64,000 nt of DNA from Paraspadella gotoi (GCA_051294375.1 CM119266.1:21523176-21587175), one strand, 5' to 3'. Positions 12,980 to 25,624 are shown, counted from the first letter of the stretch. Numbers and translations: made by a program. The notes: generated from the letters alone by a model not told the origin.

Positions 12980-15900
12980 TAACGGAGAAAAAAGAAAAGG
13001 AAAAAAAANNNNNNNNNNNNNNNNNNNNNNNNNNNNNNNNNNNNNNNNNNNNNNNNNNNNNNNNNNNNNNNNNNNNNNNNNNNNNNNNNNNNNNNNNNNN
13101 NNNNNNNNNNNNNNNNNNNNNNNNNNNNNNNNNATCGCTAACGATACAAAACAGTTTTCATATCAGCCCGCCTCTCCATTTCCGACGATTAATTGACGTC
13201 CGAGCCTCGTTCCCACTTTCGTGTTTACATCCAAACTGGCGACAATTCCTGTTAAAAAATAACATTATATATTTCTGGTTTCGTTTTTTTTTTCCCTTTC
13301 GCCGCCATCGTTTGTTTTGGTTCGAGTCGCGACGACGACGACGCCAACGCCGCTTTGCCAGCTCATGGAGCCGACGACGCCGCTTTACCAACGACGCCGT
13401 TCGCTTCGGCGTCGAAGCAAAACCAATTAGCGCCGTCACACCTGCGATGACGCCGCCACGAGGGAAATATGGAGGCGTGCCGGTGGTAGATTGACGACAT
13501 TCGTTGAGCGTAGCAGTGTTGGCAAAAGAGACGAGGGTTGTTGTTGTTGTCGTTGTTGTTGTCGTTGTTCTTTCTCGCCTGACAGATTTCTTTGTGTGAG
13601 CGAGGGAATTCGGGACAAAGACTCAAGCTTCGCGAGAAAGTTCGGAGTTTGTTCAGAGTCGCTCTTCGTTCATATATCATTGTTATAACAATGATTGACT
13701 GTGATTTCGTATAACAATGATTGATTGTGCTTTCGTTTCTTGATTTGTTGTTTTCTGAAACTCCTCGAAGGACTGCCCCTGATGCGACTGAAGTTCACAC
13801 ATGATCATTATTCCATTACGCAGACTAAAATCTCAGCTCGTTAACGATATAACGATAAAAAATAAACAATCAATGCCAAATAAGAATTTTAAATATAAAT
13901 CATAAACAGACTCAGCCGACTCTTTTACTCTTTTCTTGACTTCAAAATCTGAACTTAACTAACTCTGTCTCTGCGATGCGACTCCGCCATCCGCGATTCT
14001 CTCTCACCGACAAATTGCGATGTTGACGACAGACCGCGGTTCTGTCGGTAATCTCCAGAGATAGAGGCTTGGCGGCGCCATCGAAATTGCTTTTTAAGTC
14101 GGCGTCGACTTTAGGTATCTCCTAATATTTTTCCTGGAATTTTTAATCTGTATCATTTCTCGACTCGCGGCTGGAGGTACTGAACGTTAAGCCGATTTCT
14201 CTTCCCAGATTTTGCGAAGAGGATTTGAAAAAAAATATTTTACCTTAAAAAAAATGGAATGTTGATAGACGGGAAAAGCGACAGATGACGTCGCCATCTT
14301 TATTTATTCTTCCTTTTTTTATTTTCTTTTTTTTTTTACCTTTCGATATGGAGATTCCCTTTTTTTTCCCTTTCCCCTTCCTAATCCTTTTTTTCCCATT
14401 TGCGAGAATCGAGTCTCCATCTGCGGTTTTTCGCCGACGGAGACAAAAAAAAAAAGAGCATCGAATCCTGAAATCCAAATTTTTCTAATTTATTCGTCGC
14501 TGGAAATTGGAAAGCAGATGGGTTTTTGGGTTTCGCCGGATTTTTTAAAGAAGCCCTTAGGGAGTGAAACATTAGCAAATTTTTTTTATATAAAAAAAAC
14601 CTTTCAAAAATATGATTCTCCGGAAGTTTTTCAAAAGTTATTTCCGATTTTGAAAAATGTCCCTTTTAATAGAAAAACGGTCCGGTGACGCGCGTTTTTT
14701 TTCCAGTGAAAGATAAAAAAAAGATGGCGTCTTTTGTTTGAGACGAAGATGTGAGTCTGAAGACTGAAGGGAGTTCTTTTGCAGCGATGAAGCAGAAGTC
14801 ATGAACGACTCCTTTTCATTTGAAAGACGCCGCCACTTGTCGAAAAATCGAGACCGTTGAGAGAGAGAGAGAGAAGAAGAGAGAGAGAGAGGAGAGAGAA
14901 GACGGAGAGAGATGACGAGAGAACGAGAATTTTTTTTTTTTTTTTCTCACAAAGGCCGTTAAAAATGTTTTCGATTATGTCCCAGTTTGTTTGCCCATGG
15001 CTACTGCCTAATTGACTTTGTTGGATCATTTTTGCCCCGGGAGCTCTTCCGTTCACTTCTCTTCTCCCTAAAATTTGGCGAAACCTTTTTCGTGAAACCA
15101 ACTCTACTCTTTTTGCCAAATCGCTTTCTCATCCAACCTACTCTACTGTACTGCTCTCTCTCCCGTCGATAGGATCCCTCAAAAGCTTGGGGACCCTGCT
15201 GTATTTTCCTTCTCACCCGCCCCCACCCCCCACAGTGTATCCACACGTGGAAAAGTCATGTCATTCCTTTAGGCAATTTCTATTGATGTTTGCGAATATC
15301 TTGTCCTTTAAACTCCTTTGCCATTTCTATTAAAACGTTATTCTTTTGTCTTAGTACGGATATTTATTATTTTTCATTGCAGTCTTTGCGATCAATTGAA
15401 TTTTGATTGCTGGTTTGCGTTTTACCACAACATTATATCACGTCAGAAATATACTAATTTTTATAAAAAACTATATATTTTTAATAATTCAATCAACAGC
15501 TCTTTCGCTTAAGGTTTCTGTTGACATATATTTTTTATAATTTGATGAGAATGAAGAGTTGCAATAAACAGTGGCCATTAAGTGGCAAATGTGATTTAGG
15601 AATGAAATGAGCCTCCAGAATTTTCTTGAGAGTCGCTGTTGAATGTCGGGGGATGATTTAGGATCATCGAAATTTAACTTGCTGAAATGCATTCAATAGC
15701 TGGGTTGGTGTTTGAGGACATAACCCCCCCTGCTTTCGGGTTTTTTGCTGTTTTTTGTTTTAAGAAAGAAATCTGACTTGCAAGTAGACTAGTTTATTGT
15801 AATCCGAAATTCTTTTTTTCTATATAAATTAACTTAAGAAGTTGCGGAAGGCGACGATAAGAGAGAGAGAGAGAAAAAGATAGTGATAGAGAAAAGAAAG

Positions 15901-16749
15901 AGAGAGAGAGATAGAGAGAGAGAGATAAGAGATGCGTAACTTATCAGCCGATGCTCGTTTTTTTGACTAATCAGAAGAGAAAGAGAAGCAGAGAGAGAGA
16001 GAGAGAGAGAGAGAGGGGAGAGAGAGAGAGAAAGAGAGAGAAAGAGAGGGGAGAGAGAAAAAAAAAAAAAAAAAAGAGAGAGACGAGAGAGGAGAGAGAG
16101 AGAGAGAGGATTTTCGTTAAGCTTTAACCTCTGCAGAAGTAAAACTCGATTTTGGAATAATCATAAGAGAAAGAAAGAAGAAAGAAGAAAGAAAGAGAGA
16201 GAGAGAGGGAGAAAAGAGAGGAAAAAATCTTAAAAGTAATAGGATCGAGCCCTCCCCAATGTAACCGAAATATGGTGCGATGATAACCAAAAAGGATTGA
16301 TGCGATTGATAACCGAATATTAATGCTATTATTGAACAATAATTGATCGATGGTGCATAACCAAATGATCGATTTTATGATTACCAAAATGATGATGTGA
16401 AATAACCAAAAGGTTGATGGCAATGATAGTCATTCATTGATGTTGATGACAATCATTTATTGATAGATGATAGTCATTTATGTGGGATATAATGTGGTTG
16501 TGAATCAAATCATCATAAATAAAACAACAAATGCGTGTATGAGTGAAAGACAGAGAGAGAAAGAGAGAGAGATAAGATTGAAAGAGAGAGAAAGAAAGTG
16601 TAATAAATACCACGAAATCTCGATGTAAATTTGGATTTTGCATTGAGAAAAATCCGGAAAACATAAATGGCGATAAAATTAAAAGTTTGTAAAATGGAAA
16701 AAAATAAAATCAAAAATTTTTTAAAAAACGATCACGCAAGAGATCGTAC

Positions 16750-16781
<32 letters not shown>

Positions 16782-16909
16782 GAGAGAGAGATAGAAAAGG
16801 TTAAAGTTTTCCAACAAATAATTTGAGAGAGCATTAGTGGTCAGTTTAGAGGACAGATTTAGTTGAGGCTAGATAGAATAAGTGTGAAAAGAAATGAAAT
16901 TTGGTTGAA

Positions 16910-16956
<47 letters not shown>

Positions 16957-17067
16957 AACAATTACATTGAAGCAATGATACAACAATGATAAAATTAAAA
17001 ACAAACTTCATTTGTATGTCTAATAACAAAAGTTGTATGTGGACTAAAAAACCTCAACCGTTCATCA

Positions 17068-17250
17068 GCGGCCATTGTGCCGTAGGCAAGTCATTCGCCT
17101 CCCACCCAAAGTCCGGGTTCTAGCCCGGTGGTCGTCTGGCAGTTAAGAGGGACGGGGCGCTTAATCCGCCTGAACATGGTTTTTACAGACCTGAATCGAG
17201 CTCAGGACTCTTATATTGAACGGGTCTTCAATAAACACTTATCAATAATT
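17068..17250 (+). mobile_element. tRNA-derived SINE-like element (tRNA-Gly-like head, 17068-17135)
   Basis: Acceptor-stem pairing GCGGCCA/TGGTCGT, T-arm CCGGG-TTCTAG-CCCGG (B box) and TCGCCTCCCAC matching the tRNA-Gly(CCC) anticodon arm. The D and anticodon stems are degenerate, and a non-tRNA body follows, ending in an AATAAA/AT-rich tail. Confidence 0.6.
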
Positions 17251-18057
17251 ACCTGTCTCTTCCAATTGCAATAAATTCATTTTGAAATTTGAAAAATTGA
17301 AATGAATGAAAATTTGAATATAAGAGTTTAATTCAGAGGGACTAGATAAGTAAAGATTTTAGTGAAATAAATTCTTTGTTTGAAAACTTTTAATCTCTGT
17401 CCCTCTCTCTCTTTCTCTCTCTCTGTCTCTCTTCTTAAATTCTGTGAAAAAACTATTTATAGAAAACAATGATTTTCGCGCTGAAGAAGCGCTCTCATCA
17501 GAGACGAAACATATCCCGTTATTTTTGTTTAAATTTTAACTCGTGTTTTTTAAATAATAAAAAAACGTTTAACTAAAAACTTACCAACAACAAACGATCG
17601 AGAGAAATTACATTATCTTTTTTTAGTTTTTAAACCGTTAATATTAAAAATCCCTGCCTATTCTCAGTTCATGTCTATTTTTTATGTAATTATCCTTTCT
17701 TAATAATTTTAACGTTTGCTAAATAAAATTTTTTCTCATACTGTATTTTGCATATTTAAAAACCTTTGAGTATTTATAACTACTAATTTGATATGTAGTA
17801 TTATATTTTAAGAAATGAAAAATACAAAAAAATTTTACATATTATAGAGATGAAATATTTAATTAGATATGCCATTCTAACATTAAAACCATAATAAGAA
17901 TTGAAGATACTTCAAAGCAAAATTGAAGTCGCGTATACTGCAATTACCTTTTCAATCAAACAGTTCCAAGGATAAAGCTTTTGCTAATAAATAAAATCAA
18001 AACCAAATTATTGGACGTGTGCGGTTGCGTGGCTTAATGCATTAGAAATAGCGCGGA

Positions 18058-18526
18058 TTCTGCTGTCCACCTTACTATGCTTCATAGTTGTAGTGGTTAC
18101 AGTGGGTAGCGAGGCTGTATGAAATTTTCTGCTGTCCACCTTACTATGGCTTCATAGTGTTTAGTGGTTACAGTGGCGGTAGCGAGGCTGTATGAAATTT
18201 TCTGCTGTCCACCTTACTATGGCTTCATAGTGTTAGTGGTTACAGGTGGAGGTTCGAGGCTGTATGAAATTTCTGCTGTATCCAACCTTACTATGGCTTC
18301 ATAGTTAGTGTTACAGGTGGGTAGCGAGGCTGTTGAAATTTTCTGCTGTCCACCTTACTATTTGGCTTCCATAGTGTAGTGGCTTACAGGTGGGGTAGCG
18401 AGGGCTGTATGAAATTTTCTGCTGTGCACCTTACTTATGGCTTCATGATGTAGTGGTTACAGGTGGGTTTAGCGAGAGGCTTATGAAATTTTCTTGCTGT
18501 CCACCTTACTATGGCTTTTCATAGTG
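18058..18526 (+). repeat. Tandem array of ~6.5 copies of a ~70-bp unit with internal dyad symmetry
   Basis: Units start near 18058, 18127, 18200, 18271, 18341, 18417 and 18491. Consensus TTCTGCTGTCCACCTTACTATGGCTTCATAGTGTAGTGGTTACAGGTGGGTAGCGAGGCTGTATGAAATT; copies differ by scattered indels and substitutions. Confidence 0.95.
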
Positions 18527-19024
18527 CCCCCCCCCCCAGCCAATGTGTTTGCATTGAAGTCCTTTTTTTTTTCTAAAGAGGCCACCGCCGCATCGTTTGC
18601 CGGGCCCAATGGGTTCGTGGAGTTACGAGATTCCGAAAAAGCTTTTTAGAGCCTCTCGATTTTGAAAAGCAAAGACTCTCTTTTGGAAGATCGAAGCGGG
18701 AGACCAATGTTAGAGGGTGATTTGTGTGGGCGATGCCGGCGGGACGCCGGCTCGGGCTGAGAAGTACGAGACCCTCTAACGTATGAACCACAATGTCAGT
18801 TAACCACACGGCGGCACGTCGACCACAATGTTGCCCACAGTATAGGATCTGCGAATATGAATACAAAGAGACGGGGGACGCCAACTAGATTAGGGACTCA
18901 ACTCGAACACGTATTTCTATTGTAAAGAATACACGATGCCACAGGGTCTGAAGGCGAAAACAATAATATAAATAGACATGAATCAAGAATAGACAATGTT
19001 TAATAATAACATGCATCGGCAAGT

Positions 19025-21880
19025 TCAGAGTCTTGAGATTGTCCATTGATATTGTCTCCAACATGCTTCCATCCTTTCTAAGATCGATGACCGATCGATC
19101 CCAACTAATGAGGCGAATCGTATACAAAATTCGTTGATAAGGCAAGCGGCAATGCGCGGTGATGAAGCCGGTGTTGAAGTGGGCATCACCCGCCGAGAAA
19201 ATTTATGCGCGAGGTGCAAATACGTCTCCCGATCACTTGATGGACAACCTCGTCGATGCGTCGCTCCCAGCCGTCTTGAATGCACACGTCTTTCCGCGGC
19301 AACCCATTTTCTGGGACCCAGTGAAAAATCGCGGCGGGCAAAATAACCGAAATATACCGCTTTCTTTTTGAAGACCGAGGTAGCCGATACGAGGGTGAGA
19401 TTCCCGAAGAATTCTTGCCGATTCTATCGAGGAATTTTACCATGGATCTTTGGCGCGAAGTGGAAACTTCGTGCCGCATACAAACGTAATAAAATTCCAC
19501 TCGTGTTCTCTCCAATCCTGGGAGAGGTTAATGAAAGGCTACAGCGAACTGTATTGATTTTCTTAAGCGTCTGACGAAAATAGCTCACAATCGTATCGGG
19601 ACAAACACTTTCCCATGGCAGGACGCCATCTCGCAGCAAGGAGGGCAAGTCATGGAGAATGTTTATGAGGAGACCTACATCCTGCGAGCAAAAGAATCGT
19701 ATTCAGCCGGCGCGAAATTGTAGTCGTGGAAGGCCGGCGAGATCCATGATAACGCTGCAAGACTGAGTGGAGGCACGATTCCTTTTGCGCATATCTGAAA
19801 AGAGTTTCGCTACCAGTTGCAATGATATGCAGGCCTCGTAAACGTCGTGGAAGCTCTGTTTCTCCTCTCAGGAAGGTATCCACCAAGATGTCGGCACGTT
19901 GATTCGCAAATGATTCTGGTAGGTGTTGGGAAGCTCGATTCCGTGGGCCTTCAGCAGGTACGAACGAAACGGCGGACACGATATGGAGAAAAACTTCTCT
20001 TTGAAGTTCGTGATCTCATCCAATTTGTGAAAAAACCCGTTTTGAGCGTAACTTCTGCGCAGATGACGTCGTCTATCTCGATTATGCAACAATAAAATTC
20101 ACGATCGACACAATTTGGTTTTTTTGAAAGTTTTCGCAATGTTCTTGAGGATGTCTGCTCGACTAGACGAGTCGAGAAATAAGTCAAGCAGGACGGCGGG
20201 TGAACATGAAAAATAGTTCCATCTGGATCCAGTCCCCGCAGCTTACTGGGAACCGAAACACTCCTTGTCTGAGGACGGCGATACGAAATCCCGTAAGACT
20301 ACGGCCCGAAAAGAAGGACATCAAACGCGGGCGAGGAACGAACCTTTGACGACTCTTTTTGTGGCCCCTCGGGAATTCAGGCGAGGACTCGACCATGCAT
20401 TGATTGCCTCTCTAGCCGATGAAAACTTCATACTCTTCAAGTATGAGCCGCGAAGCAATGCTTTTTCATCAGCCTTAGCTCATACACCGTGGTTACGACC
20501 AGTCGAGTTTCGCGTGTAGATGTCGAGCGAGCGATGTTTTCGTGGAGCGCTGCACTTCTTTTCACGATAATTCTGCTGGCACACATTGTCGTTGCCATTG
20601 GACGGCGTGACTTGGCGAAGGGGATTCTCGCAGGAACTGCAGGAGTCGTCGCCGCTGGGAGGCAGTCTTCCCCCACTGCATCATCGAAGAGATGGGAGAA
20701 AATTCGGCTATAGTCGATCATCGCCGACCTACCGGGTCGTGTCGCCAAAAACACGATTTCGAGTTTGTGTCAAGAAGCGTATTTTTTCGGGAGTTTTGCG
20801 AGCACGATCTCTTTAGTCTTCCTCCAACATTTCTTCTCTTCGCCGTTCGGCGACGCGTTCGTTTCGAAGTAATAGACAACTCCTTGAGAGATTTGTCCTG
20901 ATCTTTACCTTTTTCGTAGCCTTAACATTTCTAGTAAGCGCCGTCGCCGTAGAAGTCGCAAGAAATTCGTCGCGAGAACAAGCCGGGGTGCAGGCCCAAG
21001 CGTCTTTGAATCTTTCTCGACGGCGATACGAGCCACTTTTGCATCAAGACCGCAGTATGGACAGCTTTTTGAGGTGTAAGAACCGCACGTGTTTCGGCAA
21101 ATGGTCGCCCTGTGATCGCGGTGAAGCTTTCTTGTCGATGAAAAGCGCATCACTGAAGACGATAAGTGGAAGAGAAGGCGAGCGAAGATGTCGAAATCTG
21201 TTACCCATACACCATATGGACAAAGCGGCGGAGTCGCGGGGGCTCTCGCCCAGGGCTTGCAAAACCCGAAAAGATCGGTTTACTTCGATGAATCTTACGT
21301 CCCGCACCTTCTGAGCCGGAATCGAAAGTAGTCCCGTAATTCCTCTAAGTCTTTCTTTATACCTTTGCCACTAGGTACAAACGCTTCGCCATGAGTAAAG
21401 GATCTCACGAAGAAATTTGTTTTTTTGAAGCTGGGACCCTTTTGATGATTTCAGTTGGAAGAGCGCGTGGATCTCTTCGCCCGTCGACTTGAGCCGAAGT
21501 TTGAATGGCGGCGCCACTTTCCTCAGCTGTCGAAACCGAGGACGACCGTGTTGTTGGCTTTGACAATCATCGCAAGAAAGCGAGTCCCCACCCTCTCGTC
21601 GTCTTCACGTTACGCCGGCGTCTGATAGAGTTGAAGGAGGCTCTCGAGAAGAAAAATTCCTTGTTCATTTTCTCGAAATTCGTAATTTTGGATAGCGCGT
21701 TAACATCGACGGTTTTTAGATTTTGGAGCATTACGAGGTGCGGGCGTATCAGTTCATGTCGATCCGAGGTTTGCCAATTTGAGGTCGATGGATCTTTATC
21801 TCTTGGATGTCGTCAGTATCAGGCCCGTGTGGCAACATCAGACGGCCTCGATCGACCTACTAGAGGGCGGTGCGCCATGA
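19025..21880 (-). pseudogene. Intronless, frameshifted coding block (one or two ORFs, ~950 codons) of unknown identity; 5' part has TnpB/Fanzor-like motif fragments
   Basis: About 2.9 kb free of microsatellites and of roughly balanced GC, unlike its flanks. Long minus-strand frames are interrupted by indels (e.g. WNYFSCSPAVLLDLFLDSSSRADILKNIAK..., FHKLDEITNFKEKFFSISCPPFRSYLLKAHG..., ...ILERMEACWRQYQWTISRL*). TATAAA lies at 21899-21904 upstream and ATTAAA just after the 19025 stop. Confidence 0.55.
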
Positions 21881-23634
21881 GCCCAACGCCAGCAGGCGTT
21901 TATAAGCAAGACTGTCTTGCCCTAATTCGATTCGGTTGCTTTTAGCTAATTATCTAACTGGAAAATCAAGAAAGATTTTTTTTTTGTGTGTAAACAATTC
22001 GAAATTAATAGCTCAATTATTCCGCAACCTATCAAAAACCAGCCTTAACACTATCAAACAGTTGGCATATTCAGCAAACAACAAGGGTTAAAAAAAAAAG
22101 GGGGAGGGAAGCCGCGACTTTAAATTATATATATATTTTTTTTTTGCAATTTTAATCAAGCGTCAGGCGTATCACAGGCAATTTTCCCAGGAGCAACAAC
22201 AGATTAAATTAACAGGAATTTACAGGTTCTGAACCAAGCCAATGTAGAGTAGGTATCAAGACAAGTATAGCAGATTGAGTTGCAATTGAGTTTGGATTTG
22301 AATAAAAGCAAGCCCCCTAACAAGGGGATAAGGTATAAAACTATCTGAAGTTTAGAATTAGACTTCTTTCTTAATAAATAATCATACTGTATTCGTAAGT
22401 TAAAAATGCATTGGAAATATCTATATATAGATGAAGAAGTATTCTAATCATCTTTTACGGTACTAGAAGGCTACAGGCGATCTCAGATGTTGTGTACTTA
22501 TTCTAATATTATCCATCTTACGATATCAGTATATTGTCTATTAAAAGCACTCTCAAATCTTTCGCTTTCGTCTTATAACCAGTTTCCTCAGAGGTGATTC
22601 CTCTCCNNNNNNNNNNNNNNNNNNNNNNNNNTTTTTGGGAAGATCGAAGCGGGAGCCAAAAGAGAGCGAAGTCTTTGTCCCCTTTTTCTCATCACTTTTT
22701 TCGTTCTTTTCTTTTCTTTCCTTTCTTTTCTTTTCTTTTTTTTCTTTTTTTNNNNNNNNNNCCAAAAGAGAGCGAAGGCTTTGTCCCCTTTTTCTCATCA
22801 CTTTTTTCCTTCTTTTCTTTTCTTTTCTTTCTTTTTTTTCTTTCTTTTCTTTTCTTTCTTTTCTTTTCTTTCTCTTCTTTTCTTTCTTTTCTTTCTTTCA
22901 TTTCTCATCGGCCTCCGTCCTTTGCTCGTCTTTTTGTTCTTGCCTCTCCTCCTCGCCTCCTTTTTACTCTCTTGTTTCTTATTTTTCTCTTTTACTATCT
23001 CCCAATGTTTCCTTTCTCCTTCACTGTTTTTATTTTCCCAGATCTCTTAACTCATCTTCATCCCATCCCTTTTTTCCCCTTTTTTCCCATCTTTCTGCTC
23101 GATTACATTTTCCTTTACAGTTTCCTATTTTCACCAACTCTTATTCAATGCAGTATTTTCGATNNNNNNNNNNNNNNNNNNNNNNNNNNNNNNNNNNNNN
23201 NNNNNNNNNNNNNNNNNNNNNNNNNNNNNNNNNNNNNNNNNNNNNNNNNNNNNNNNNNNNNNNNNNNNNNNNNNNNNNNNNNNNNNNNNNNNNNNNNNNN
23301 NNNNNNNNNNNNNNNNNNNNNNNNNNNNNNNNNNNNNNNNNNNNNNNNNNNNNNNNNNNNNNNNNNNNNNNNNNNNNNNNNNNNNNNNNNNNNNNNNNNN
23401 NNNNNNNNNNNTTTTTTTTCTCTTTCGCCTTTTTCTTGTTTCTTTCTTGTGTTTTCTTCCAACAGAGGGCACGAGTCCGAAGGAGAGAGAGAGAGAGAGN
23501 NNNNNNNNNNNNNNNNNNNNNNNNNNNNNNNNNNNNNNNNNNNNNNNNNNNNNNNNNNNNNNNNNNNNNNNNNNNNNNNNNNNNNNNNNNNNNNNNNNNN
23601 NNNNNNNNNNNNNNNNNNNNNNNNNNNNNNNNNN

Positions 23635-23664
<30 letters not shown>

Positions 23665-23670
<6 letters not shown>

Positions 23671-25397
23671 ATCAAGAAACGAAAATCCTCTTTCTTCTGC
23701 TTTTCTTTCTATTTCTTCCTCTCCCTCTCTCTCTCCCCCCAATGTCTCGCTCTCCCTCTTTCTTTCTGTTTTTGGCGGTCGTACTCCAGGGTTTTTTTCG
23801 GGTCTACCCCAGGATGTTTGGCAGTCTGACCTCTTCTTCCAATTTATCCGTCGGGAGCGCGAGTCGCCCCATTGATCCTCCTCATTTTTTTTCTCCCTTT
23901 TTTCTCCTTTCTTTTCTCCCTTTACCTATCTTTTTTTCCCTCGACCTATCTATCTTCGCTCGCCTTTTATCCCATTACTTTCGACTTGAGTTTTTTTCCC
24001 TTTTTCTTCGTTAATTTTTTTTCCAACTTAGTTTTTTTTTCTTTTCTTTTTTCTTCTTTCTTTTTTTCTCTTCTTCTCATATCGTACGTATTTTAACAAT
24101 ATTTTTATTCCTTCCTTTCCTCTACCTCTTACCTCGCTTCATATTTTTCCCCCATTTTTTCTCTTCGGTTTTCTATCCCCAATTTCTTTCCTTCATTCCT
24201 CCTTTTCTTTTCTTTCTTTCCTTTTTCCTTTCCTCCATCTCTCAATTCTCCGTCAAACCGAGTTTTCCTCCAAAATATTTATTCGAGTCAAACTCATCCT
24301 GACGTGACCAAACTTACCTCAGCCTTTGAGTTCTTCCGTCGTCGCAGTTCTTCGATCGAAGGCCTCACCCTTCCCCCCCCTAACTCACTTCCAATCCCCC
24401 CGTCGCCATCTCTCTTCGATTTTCACTTTCCAAGCACAAAGCGCGAAAGGGTTAACCAGGCCACGCCCCCAAAAAAAATCTCTCTTTTTTTTTCTGTTCG
24501 GCCAAATGTTGTGCGAACGGTCACCCCGGGCAGGATTTTTATTATGCACACCTTTGCCAACTTTTTTTCTTCTCTTTCGGCGGGTAAGCGCTTTGCGACT
24601 CGAGGGGGAGGGGAACCAGGGCTGCAGGGAATAGGCGGCCGCTCCGACGACGCGGTTTGGCGCCGCGGGGGGGGGGATGGCCGTGGGGTGAGGGAGTCGG
24701 TCGTAGACGCTTTTGGGGGAAGCGGGTGAAGCCGCAAAGGGGGGGCGAAGTTATCACCTTTCGGTTTTTTCAATTTGAAAGAGAGTCCCTGGTTTTTTTT
24801 TCTTTCTTTCATTTCTTTAATCATCGCGTGTTCGGGAAAACGAGGGCGATTGTTGCGTTCGTGATGACGACGACGATGATGACGACGATGACGGCGGCAA
24901 CGACGACGACGACGACGAGGACGACGACCGCGACGACGACGACGACGCGATGATGCCGTCGAAAATGTTTTTTTTTAAATATATATATGTAAATATATAT
25001 CACTTCCTAGGGTTTCAGTATTTTTTTTAACCCCAACATACGTATATTTTAAAAAATACTTAATATCAGAATCGGATAACGTTTTTGATAACGCACATGC
25101 CACAAATAAACACAAACGCCGTTACTGTTTTTAAACGATTTTTTTATCGGTGATAGAAGGCAGCGACCGTTCGTTCCTCGTCGCGTGGCAACGGACTGTT
25201 TAAACGCGCGAAAATCACAAACAGTGACGCCTTTATTTCTCGATGAAACCCATAAACGAATATAATGACGGTGATAAAAAAATCTGTTTCACTCTCTCTT
25301 GCCTTGTGAACTAGTTGCGTGTTTGCGTGCGACTGCGCGCGTGATTGTGTGCGTACAAGCGAGAGGGAAATAGAAAGTCGGAGACAGCGAAAAAGGG
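23665..25397 (+). repeat. Left arm of ~1.75 kb inverted duplication
   Basis: Reverse complement of ~25700-27470; identical peptides appear on opposite strands in the ORF track (24542-24757 vs 26382-26597). Confidence 0.93.
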
Positions 25398-25624
25398 ANN
25401 NNNNNNNNNNNNNNNNNNNNNNNTGCCCGCCCAGCTTCCACAACTTCACTCGCTCTCCCCCGCCTCAGCCGCCGCCTCCCTCATTAATTCACCCCTCCCG
25501 TCCCGAGATAAGAAAGATCATTTACGCTCCATGTCAGCGGTATTTTGACTGGACGAGGCCTGCTTAATCTTATAAGGTTTTCTTTTAACCTCAATCTCTC
25601 TCTTTCTCTCTCCTGCACCGCGCC

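Noticed and set aside
17068-17135. Functional tRNA-Gly gene
   Set aside because: Anticodon and D stems do not pair, the T-loop is one base short and there is no adjacent T-tract terminator.
18058-18526. CRISPR/TIGR-like array or hammerhead/twister ribozyme multimer
   Set aside because: No unique spacers; CTGTATGA and GGTTACAGG only loosely resemble catalytic cores, and the required partner motifs are missing.
18708-22631. LTR retrotransposon (segment starts with TGTTAG)
   Set aside because: No second LTR and no gag, RT or integrase motifs seen.
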